64,000 nucleotides of DNA, from positions 104,008 through 168,007 of the forward strand of contig NIVC01000794.1 of assembly GCA_002269645.1 (NCBI GenBank), in the 5' to 3' direction. The number at the start of each line of letters is the position of its first letter. The first letter of the stretch is position 1. This document shows, piece by piece, positions 10,640 through 19,997 of the stretch. Position numbers and translations under genes: made by a program. The DNA is from Macrostomum lignano. Its lineage: Eukaryota. The notes below the pieces were generated by a model. That model saw nothing but the letters and a program-made list of their open reading frames with translations, ran no database searches and was not told the DNA's origin.

Positions 10640-11453
10640 TTGACCATGGAGCTACCGACTAAGCTTGTCTACTATATAGACTACAAGAAACTGCCAGGAG
10701 AAGCCATTTCTGGAATGTCATCATCACAGATTGACATTCTCCTTCAACAGCAAACCGAGGAGCGGTTTATGGAAAAGCAAATGGACGAGCGTCTGGTCGA
10801 GCAACCGTCAAATGGAGATGGCGAGATTTTGTTGCTGCCCGAGGATATTGACCTGGATGACATGTTCGACTGCGTGCCCAGCGTTGAAGACCTCGAAAAA
10901 GCTATCAAAGACCTAGAAGTGTCGCGAGTAACAATACCAGACGACAGACGGATCAGTACGTCAAAAGGCTCTTGGCCTTCATGGAATCGAATCCACGAAC
11001 TCGAAGAAGAATTCAAACTGGTATTGCGCTTCGCAAGCGCTTGGTGTGAACACCCTAGCAACCATGATGACCCAGATATCGGAGGCTGCCAGTTTGAGTA
11101 AGCGCTACACGGCCCATTTTGTCCGTCCGACTGTCATCAAGGAGTTTTCTGATGCTGGTTACTCGAATGCCGATATCTGTAAAGTGGCTGGTCACAAACA
11201 GGTGAAAACAGTCGAACGGTACCTGCAATTCGGAAGTCGACACACATCCGAGATGCGGGCCATGTGCAGCGCACTGCATTCATCGCTGCATGGAGCTAAC
11301 TCATCCATGGGCGGCACAAATCGAATGGAGACGTCTATGCCAGCAGAGCGCGCTGTGGCCAACAGCGGCAACCATGCCGAGCTACGACAGGTCACCTTGA
11401 CACTCAACTTTCATGGAAACGTGAGTGGGTGCACCTTTAATTCGCCAAAATGA
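10640..11453 (+). pseudogene. YR4: internally deleted relative of YR6
   Basis: N-terminal part similar to YR6 (frameshifted), joined to ISEAASLSKRYTAHFVRPT...VAGHKQVKTVERYLQFGSR...SGCTF; the central region with the first catalytic Arg (RGRE) is missing. Confidence 0.85.
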
Positions 11454-11716
11454 CGGTACCTTTTTTACATCTACTTTAAAATGGACAATACTGCAAAAGT
11501 GACACAGGCCTCTCATACAGTTCTTTGCAGTACTGTTGTTTCGTTAAATTGTTACTTAAAATATACACACACGCCGACAAACCATGTTAAAGTTTAGCCA
11601 TCTAGACATAAATTATCTGCACGCTTTTTTATTATCAGCACGCTTTTTGTATAGATTGCCTATAGGATTTTACCATAGACATAGGCATTATCTGCACGCT
11701 TGAGCGTTGCACAATG

Positions 11717-12048
11717 GTAGATTAAGTCTATGGTTTCAGACTTGGATAATGATCACAGTATTACCAATTATATTTGGTAATACTAAAAAGCGTTAATCAA
11801 TTATATTAATTAAGTAATTACCAATTAACCATTAACCATTAACTGTATTCTAAAAAATTGTCTATGGTCCGATTACGAAGACACTGTAGCGTTACTTAAT
11901 GGCGTGGCTTAATGGCGTTACATAATGATCAACCGAAAACGCTAGTCTATATGATAATGCGATTATGTCTATGGTTCAGAATTAAATAATGATCAACCAC
12001 TTGTGACTGTGATCATTATCCAAGTCTGAAACCATAGACTTAATCTAC
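11717..12048. mobile_element. Second foldback unit built on the GTCTATGG/CCATAGAC site
   Basis: GTAGATTAAGTCTATGGTTTCAGACTTGGATAATGATCACAGT at 11717 is the reverse complement of about 12006-12048; two more GTCTATGG copies lie inside (11860, 11967). Confidence 0.75.
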
Positions 12049-12206
12049 TAGTGTCTTCGTACCATAGATATTGGCTCGGCAGTGAGCAGGGTCAAGGGAC
12101 CATAGAAAATTTTTAAGAATACAGTTCTCTAAAAGAAAAGCTCTACCATGAAGTCTGTTAGGAAGTTAAGAAATAGAAGCAAGAAGCGAGAGAAATCGAA
12201 TTAAAA

Positions 12207-12780
12207 ATGCCTCTTATCAACTGGAAAAATCTACCGGTCGACAGTTTAGACGGCATCTCGTCTACTGAACTAGATTTCTGAGTGAACTGAGCGCCGTGAA
12301 CCACAGTTCCGATGAAATTCTTGGAGATTTTATCGACTAACTGTCTAAAATCGAGACGGCTGATGAGGCCGCTGCGGTTTCTAGTGTCGAGCTTCCAGAA
12401 CTATCTGATTTACCCAGTGCGATGGATGTTGTCGAACTGGAATCACTGCCGAGCACTACACGAGAACACATGTTTCTGTATGGCAAAATGTTCGTGGAGT
12501 TTTTAAAGAAGGATGGTGCTGTGGATGTGAGCTGTTCGACGTTATCTCGCACGCAAGCGTGACAGAACCCTCAGGAAGGTTGCTACCGCTGTTAGTGACA
12601 ATTTGGCCCCACCAACCGAGGCGACTACGAGTGCAACCACTAGTGCAACAGTCACGCAGCAAGCTCAAGTTGACATGCAAAGTGTGCAACAGCCGATGTT
12701 TGCCAACTGCCTCTTCGATGGGTGCACGTTCAAGCTTTGCTATATCCTTGATCTGTTTCCTGTTAAAGTTCTTGTTGCTT
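12207..12780 (+). pseudogene. YR5: heavily deleted YR remnant (N-terminus plus C-terminal tail only)
   Basis: MPLINWKNLPVDSLDGISSTELD aligns with YR4 YYIDYKKLPGEAISGMSSSQID; DLPSAMDVVELESLPSTTREHMFLYGKMFVEFLK aligns with the YR6 N-terminus; tail MFANCLFDGCTF resembles the YR4/YR6 GCTF tail; no catalytic motifs; AATAAA at 12786. Confidence 0.65.
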
Positions 12781-13162
12781 AAATTAATAAAAACAGTGAA
12801 TTTCTCGCTCATAATCTATGGCAATTTATCGTGACTTAACAGCTTCATTAAAAAATGCATTAAAAAACGATAGTCTATATGATAATGTAAGATTACTACT
12901 AGGCTAACTCATGCGATAATAGTCTTGGCTCGAGTGCGCGAAGCGCACGAGTGCCATAGACTATTATCGCACTCGAAAGTATATCGGGCATTTTGTCCCA
13001 TGACTGAGCGTGCGTTGAAAAAATTCTTCGTCACAGCACTGTACTTTATTATCTGCACGCTTTTTGTTCCTGCAGCTAGGAGTTCCTACCATAGACATTT
13101 TCTTAGTGACCATAGACAATTTCTTGCTATGCACAAGCTTCTGATCGTGAGTTTGGCCCCAT

Positions 13163-14626
13163 ATGGATTCATTATTTCCTAACGGCATGAGAAGCGGCAT
13201 GACGGCCGGTAAGATCTCCCACCATTTGGAGTGGGCCGACGTTGAGAAGCTTGTGGACGAGCAGTTACGTCTCCAAGCAACTAGTGTGAACGACAACGAG
13301 GAGCTGAGCCGCCTATTCGACTCCATCCCTGATTTGAACGACGACTTGGCCTCGATCGACCTTGACGCATCAATCCGGGCGCTGGAGCAAGAGACCGATG
13401 TAAAATCGTCTAAGAAGCATGAGGCTCAATACGTCGCGAAATTTCGCGATTTCTTGGCCAAGTATCCGCACCTGCGCGTCGATTTGGACACCTCGCAACC
13501 TGAGGAGCTGAGCGTTGGCCTACGCTACTTTTACGGCACTCTTCGCAAGACTGATGACCAGCCGTATGCTCCTAGCAGCCTCGTGTGCATTCGCGCTGCC
13601 TTGTTCCGCTACCTGATGAAGAACCGGGGCATCAACATCATTTCCGATGGTCGGTTCTACTCTGCAAATCAAATGCTGAAGGCCGGTGGGCGTCTTTTCT
13701 TTGCCCGCGGTGGCCGCGTGGACCACTTCCAGGCCATGGAGCCATCGGACCTACAGAAACTGGGTGACTACTTCGAACGGAGCACTCACACTCGCCTTCT
13801 GCATGAGACGTACTACAACGTCGTCTTCTACTTCGGCACCCGTGGTCGAGAGTGGTTGAGGGATTTGCGGGTGGACAGCTTCGAGTTCGACAAGGCCCCC
13901 GACGGTCGCGAGATCGTTCGCCTTCGAGAGAAGCGGGTGAAGAATGTCGCCAGGGACTTGGGCCGTGCCGCTAGCGACAATGTCAAGGAGGCTGTGATGA
14001 CTGTGTCTCCTGTAAAGTGCCCGGTCGAGTGCCTCCGACTTTACCTCCTGAAGAGAAGTGCGTCAATTCCTAGCTCTTCATCTTGTGGCGAAAAGGCGTC
14101 CGATGACGTGGAGTTCTTCCTGAAGCCGAAGGTTAGTGGTTTCGAGAAGGGGATGTGGTTTTCGCCCAAGCAGCCTATTGGCGTTAATGGCTTTGCCGAG
14201 CTCTTCCCACGCATTTGCGAGGCAGCCAGCTTGAGCCGGCGCTACACTGCGCACTGCGTTCGGTCCACCATCATCAAGGAGCTCTCCGTGGCCGGCCATT
14301 CAGTATCCGACATTTGCAAGGTCACGGGGCACAAGGCCACGGCCTCTGTCGAGCGGTACCTTCGATTCGGGTCACGCCGCGTTGGCGAGATGCAGGACAT
14401 GTGCTCGTCGTTGAACACGGCGATGCACGCGAACCAGGTGGCCTGCGTCGATAAGGAGGTTTCGGCGCTTCTGTGCAAGGTCCCGCGACGGGCCGTGGCG
14501 AATACGGACGATCCTGTTGCTCGTGTGATCGCGGAGCCCCCAACCACCAATACTACTGGGCCTGTACCGCAGGTTGTATTTAATTTCAGTGGTCCCGTCA
14601 CCGGCTGCACGTTTGGACGCATCTAA
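13163..14626 (+). CDS. YR6: intact Crypton-type tyrosine recombinase
   Basis: 487-aa intronless ORF with a full catalytic set: FGTRGREW (R), TAHCVRST (HxxR), VTGH, VERY (Y); AATAAA at 14723; GCCATAGACT direct repeats at 12953 and 14867. Confidence 0.9.
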   Translation: MDSLFPNGMRSGMTAGKISHHLEWADVEKLVDEQLRLQATSVNDNEELSRLFDSIPDLNDDLASIDLDASIRALEQETDVKSSKKHEAQYVAKFRDFLAKYPHLRVDLDTSQPEELSVGLRYFYGTLRKTDDQPYAPSSLVCIRAALFRYLMKNRGINIISDGRFYSANQMLKAGGRLFFARGGRVDHFQAMEPSDLQKLGDYFERSTHTRLLHETYYNVVFYFGTRGREWLRDLRVDSFEFDKAPDGREIVRLREKRVKNVARDLGRAASDNVKEAVMTVSPVKCPVECLRLYLLKRSASIPSSSSCGEKASDDVEFFLKPKVSGFEKGMWFSPKQPIGVNGFAELFPRICEAASLSRRYTAHCVRSTIIKELSVAGHSVSDICKVTGHKATASVERYLRFGSRRVGEMQDMCSSLNTAMHANQVACVDKEVSALLCKVPRRAVANTDDPVARVIAEPPTTNTTGPVPQVVFNFSGPVTGCTFGRI

Positions 14627-14768
14627 GATCTTCGTCGACCTTTCTGCTGTCATCTGTTTTACTGCTGACTTTTTGTTTCTGTGCATCGGTGTTAAATTCT
14701 GCTGTGTTTTCCCCCTTTTTTTAATAAACGTTGCTTGCAAACTGCTGTTTTTTGTGGTGCTGTACGCT

Positions 14769-14845
14769 ATTATCTGCACGCTTTTTCATTATCTGCACGC
14801 TTTTTCATTATCTGCACGCTTTTTTCATTATCTGCACGCTTTTTT
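14769..14845 (+). repeat. Four tandem copies of ATTATCTGCACGCTTTT(T)C
   Basis: Direct reading; the same motif occurs at 10538, 11612, 11631, 11687, 13048 and 14882 (two of these are variants). Confidence 0.9.
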
Positions 14846-15759
14846 GGCTACGCCGCATAGGGTTGGGCCATAGACTGTAATATTAATGCACGCTTTTTGG
14901 ACCAAAAACGCACGCTCAGTCATGGGACAATAAGTATTATTCTACTTTTGTTCTGACGATAACTGTGCTCACCAGTTACATATTGTTACCGTTCAAGTTT
15001 TATCATATTGAATGTTTAATGACTATGGGCACAACCAACTGACAACGAAGATATAAACAGACAAATATAATCCCTGAAAACACATAGATTATTGTGTCCT
15101 ATACCATCCTGCATCTCTGAATATACTACCGGAAGGCATAAAATCTATGGTTTATAAGAGATAACGTTTATTAGTAAATAAGTATTAACATTAGACTTAG
15201 ATGATAAGGGGAGACAACTTTCGTCGTAGACAATACTGTAATGAGCGAGAATATTCTAGAAGGGAAACAACTAATGATAGAACTTATAGAACAGTTGGAG
15301 CATTCGCTCAGTTTTTTCACAGGGCCTAATGGCTGAAACTTGGGGAATTAAACGAAACCAGAAATAATTCGCTCTGGAAAGCAACTTTGTCGTAGGTTTT
15401 GTTGTAGGACACTTACTCGCACCGACCATACTAAAATTGAGGTGTTAGCACGAATTCAAATTAATAAGTAAGTCTATAGAATGCGGGAGGTCAGACTTGA
15501 ATGACGAAGCTCAAAATTGTTACTTAGACTTGCCTGTTTGATTTTCTATCAATTGCTCTATACTAGTAATAACTGACACGTCATTTCTGTGCACAGATGA
15601 TTTCTGTATTTGGTTACGCAAAGCCTGTGCACACACCATAGAAACATAAAACAGTTGGCTCCGTCACGAATGACTGAATCATAGCACACTTATGATGTCG
15701 ATTTTTTAAAGTTTCCTGCAACCAAACTTTGCTTAAGTAGTGAATTACTAAAACAAAAA

Positions 15760-16160
15760 GTGGCGATCCTTCGACCGTAACCCCCGTAAATTCCAAAAAC
15801 GCAATTTTTAAACTAAAAATTATTTTTCAAGTAAATTTATCTTACTATCTTTCACGATAAAGTAAAAAAGCTGGTTTTAAGTAAATTTGTTTGAATAATT
15901 AATATATAAAGTTTATTCAAGGCACTAAGCCCGGTCAATCAGACACGATTGGCTTGTCAACAATTAAAAGTACAGTGAAAGTACAATGATTACCGTACGA
16001 AAATCAAAATAAAATGGTATTATATTTAAACAAATTTACTTTAAAATAAACTTATTTTATTTCAGGATGAAAGATGATACCTTAAACTTACTTGAAAAAT
16101 CATTTTAGTGGAAAAATTCATTTTTGGAATTTACGGGCGGGGGTACGTAAGGATTGCCCA
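15760..16160. mobile_element. AT-rich MITE with long imperfect TIRs
   Basis: About 15776-15905 (CCCCCGTAAATTCCAAAAA...TTTTTCAAGTAA...GTAAATTTGTTT) pairs with about 16018-16148; TSD not resolved. Confidence 0.6.
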
Positions 16161-16627
16161 AAAAGTAACCATATATTGCTTCTACCGGTATGCATATTCG
16201 TCAATATCTCACTTTCTGTCGCTGTCAAATGGTTGTAAAATCATTAAAAATCCCGACAATCCCAAAGTGAAACTTACTTGATTCAGCAAAAATCGTCGAA
16301 TAAAATTTTCTTTGGTTTAGATGCGGCTCTGACACTGAGCTCCCTTCTTCCTTACTTTCCAGCAAGTACGGTGCGGACTTCCAGCTATACGCCCCTCACT
16401 CTAACTGGCTATTAAATTTTCTCTTAGTTTAACAAACAAATCACAGAGAGCCCCGTATTCTTCGTGCAGCAACCGGCTTTATTGTCTATGGCCAGCTGGT
16501 GGGGACGATAAAGGGCGAGAAAAAGCGGATCGATATTCCTGGTGGGGTTTGGGGGTTGGCTGTGGGCTCTAGCTGAAATCTCATTGGCTCTCGTCTCAGG
16601 GTCCCAGCTTTCTAACCCCCCCCCCAG

Positions 16628-17015
16628 GGGGGTGTTGCATAGAATCGACAAATCGAAGTTTACAAGTGACAAGTTGACAAATTACAAGTAAACCGTGAAG
16701 TCCGTTGCATAGACGCTTTACAAACGACAAGCATCTGACAAGTGACAAGTGACAAGTTACAAGTTACAAGTCCCGTTACAAGTGGTTTGTTGCATAGAAT
16801 GTATAACTTGACAAGTTTTTCTGCTATTCGCGAGTGACAAGTTGCGTAGTAAATTCTGACCCCGCGAGCTTACTTAAAACTTACAAGCTGTCAAAGTCTT
16901 TGGCCCAAGTTTGACTGACTCAGCGTTATGTTCTATGACGAGTCGTCCGATGAGGATTCCGACGCATCTGCGCCCGGCAATAAACGACCGCGTACATTCA
17001 AGGACAGGATCATGA
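16628..17015 (+). mobile_element. 5' end fragment of a second Harbinger-like element
   Basis: Preceded by CAG (CWG); GGGGGTGTTGCATAGAA start, ACAAGT(G/T) subterminal repeats like the 825-2540 element, then MFYDESSDEDSD...RPRTFKDR resembling a Harbinger transposase N-terminus; no 3' end found. Confidence 0.6.
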
Positions 17016-17102
17016 TCACCCCCTCCCTAGGAATCGCAGAACGCTTAGGAAACTGCATGGCTCGTCCCAGTTTTTTTATAGTTCTTTCCTTACGACAACT
17101 AT

Positions 17103-17340
17103 ACACTCAGCAAGACGTTAAAGTTACCACCCCGAAACCAGTGGTCAACAAGTGGCAGCTTTAATCCAACTCTAGCCATCCCGCTCCACTCTACTCACCA
17201 GCCTAATTGCATTTCCCACAATTGAAATGAGAACCGCTAGCGTGGCGAGAGTTGCGTCACTTGGGGCTGGGATCTGAGAAAATTTGACCCCCACTGGTTT
17301 CTGGGGAGGAAACTTTAACATCTTGCTGAGCAGTGAGTAT
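17103..17340. mobile_element. About 240-bp MITE
   Basis: CACTCAGCAAGACGTTAAAGTTACCACCCCGAAACCAGTGG pairs with CCACTGGTTTCTGGGGAGGAAACTTTAACATCTTGCTGAGCAGTG; TA-rich flanks. Confidence 0.6.
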
Positions 17341-18241
17341 ATATCTACATGTAAATAATTTTTTTAAGTAAATAAACTAACTTGTAGAAAAACTACAATT
17401 ACTTGCTTTTTGCTCCTAACAAAACCCTCAAAAGCTTGAGTAATCAAATACAGACGTTGCAAAAAAGAAAGTTTAATTATGTGTACATCAAATTAAAATA
17501 AACATTGCTTTCTCAAACATTGCTGACAATAAACTTGGACCAAGTCAAAGTCATAGTCGCAAAGTCATAGTCGAGATGGTTTTTATTGAAGAATGCGAGC
17601 GTAAATGTATGAAAAGTAACCCTGTTTTCCTGCTTCATTCCTTTTTGAAGACGAAAACCTGTCTCTTTGAAGCAAGAGTGCTCAGTCTGTTCATATTACA
17701 TCAGGCTTTCAATACCGCAGGCGCCTCTGTCTACCGACGCGGTCACCGCGGCTTGTCGCTCGCCTTTGGAAGTCATCGGCTACGTCATCCAAACACATTT
17801 GGCAATGTCCGCTGTTGGGGTGCAGTCGCGGCTGGTTAAATAGCTTTGTGAAAGGCATCCTCAGGTGTCACAGCCTCAACAACCAGTCAGAGTTCGTAAT
17901 TAATATTATGGAGATTAAGCTTCACTTTTAGGTGCTAATTCTAAAAATGCTAACTAACTAACTAACTAAATAAGTAATGAGGCGCCTCAGCCATTGAACA
18001 GGCTCTTACGCCACTAGGAATGAATTAGGATCCAGGTTGGGAGTGTACTAATGTACACTAGGTTTCTAAGCTAGGCTAAGAGAGACTGTGGCCATCAAGC
18101 CGAGCAGGCGACACCAGTCGGGCTGAGGGCGGGCCCTACCCCCTTACCGTCGGGGCTAATTCTAACAATGCTGTTTTGGCTGCCTTATAAAGTGTCCCTC
18201 AAGTTTAACTCAAACTTGAAAATTTTTGTCAATAAAAAAGG

Positions 18242-19385
18242 CCAGTCCGACTGTCACACAGATGGTCACTCCAACAACAAGTCCGACTGTCACACAGATG
18301 GTCACTCCAACAACAATTCCGACTGTCACACAGATGGTCACTCCGACAACAATTCCGACTGTCACACAGATGGTCACTCCGACAACAATTCCGACTGTCA
18401 CACAGATGGTCACTCCGACAACAATTCCGACTGTCACACAGATGGTCACTGCAACAACCAGTCCGACTGTCACACAGATGGTCACTCCAACAACCAGTCC
18501 GACTGTGACACAGATGGTCACTCCAACAACCAGTCCGACTGTCACACATATGGTTACTCCAACAACCAGTCCGACTGTCACACATATGGTTACTCCAACA
18601 ACCAGTCCGACTGCCACACATATGGTTACTCCAACAACCAGTCCGACTGTCACACATATGGTCACTCTAACAACCAGTCCAACTGTCACACAGATGGTCA
18701 CTCCGACAACAATTCCGACTGTGACACATATGGTCACTCCAACAACCAGTCCGACTGTCACACATATGGTTACTCCAACAACCAGTCCGACTGTCACACA
18801 TATGGTCACTCCAACAACCAGTCCGACTGTGACACAGATGGTCACTCCAACAACCAGTCCGACTGTCACACAGATGGTCACTCCATCAACCAGTCCGACT
18901 GTCACACATATGGTTACTCCAACAACCAGTCCGACTGTCACACATATGGTCACTCCAACAACAATTCCGACTGTCACACAGATGGTCACTCCGACAACAA
19001 TTCCGACTGTCACACAGATGGTCACTCCGACAACAATTCCGACTGTCACAGATGGTCACTCCAACAACAATTCCGACTGTCACACAGATGGTCACTCCGA
19101 CAACAATTCCGACTGTCACACAGATGGTCACTCCAACAACAATTCCGACTGTCACACAGATGGTCACTGCAACAACCAGTCCGACTGTCACACAGATGGT
19201 CACTCCAACAACAATTCCGACTGTCACACAGATGGTCACTCCAACAACCAGTCCGACTGTCACACATATGGTTACTCCAACAACCAGTCCGACTGTCACA
19301 CATATGGTCACTCCAACAACCAGTCTGACTGTCACACAGATGGTCACTCCAACAACCAGTCCGATTGTCACACAGATGGTCACAC
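18242..19385. repeat. 36-bp minisatellite, about 31 copies
   Basis: Unit CCAGTCCGACTGTCACACAGATGGTCACTCCAACAA with variants; one 2-bp deletion near 19050. Confidence 0.95.
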
Positions 19386-19997
19386 TAAAAGCAATCCTGT
19401 CACACGCAACAGGCACCGCAATAATCGCTGCCAACTCGCTCCACCACTGGCGGACCTCGAACAACCCTCAGCGGTCTTTGCTCAATGGCTGAGGCTTCAT
19501 AGCTAAATAAGTAAACAATGAAAACTGCAACCAGAAGCAGCAAATTTTGTTGCAGCATTTTTCTTGCTGCTCTCTGAAGTGCCAAGTTTCAAAGAATTCA
19601 ACAGAATTTTCTTGTCGCATTTTCAAGTTTATCGCACTGCCCCCAGCTGCTGCAGGGCGATGCAGCTCGATAGAGAAAAAAGCACTTTCTCGATGCCAAG
19701 CTCTTTCCCAAGATTAGGACTTCAACGACAGTACAAAAGGTGGTCTTTTGTACGATCCGACATGTGTATTTTATACTTTACAAAGGTGAAAGGTGACTCG
19801 TTGTGCCAGTGAGTGGGAAAGCAGTTGTTATAGCAATCATAAAAACGGACAAGTAAAAGCGCTCTCTCCGACTTGAAAGTAATTTATTGATTTCTTTACT
19901 TTCCCCGATGTTTCCCGATGTTTCCCGAGTCATCGATGAATTATCAATGTCGAATTGCAAGCTCGTCAAGGCAGGCAGCTGGTTGCTGAGGCCTCCG

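Larger units (their letters stand above)
2892..14875. other. Dispersed CCATAGAC/GTCTATGG sites (putative Crypton recombination core)
   Basis: Exact + copies at 2892, 4443, 6228, 6359, 10323, 10527, 11673, 12032, 12954, 13089, 13110, 14868; exact - copies at 4638, 6068, 7548, 7825, 11726, 11860, 11967; variants at 5980, 6436, 6545, 10471, 12062, 12100. All lie outside the YR coding regions. Confidence 0.85.

Noticed and set aside
2992-14626. Bacterial or phage integrase contamination
   Set aside because: The ORFs resemble eukaryotic Crypton/DUF3504 YRs, are interleaved with Harbinger, Tc1 and SINE elements, several have AATAAA signals, and they are contiguous with intron-containing genes.
2893-14875. 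CATAGAC...GTCTATG as P-element TIRs with 8-bp TSDs
   Set aside because: I compared the 8 bp before each CATAGA with the 8 bp after each TCTATG and found no matching direct pair. The GTnnnnRC bias beside the motif is better read as part of the site.
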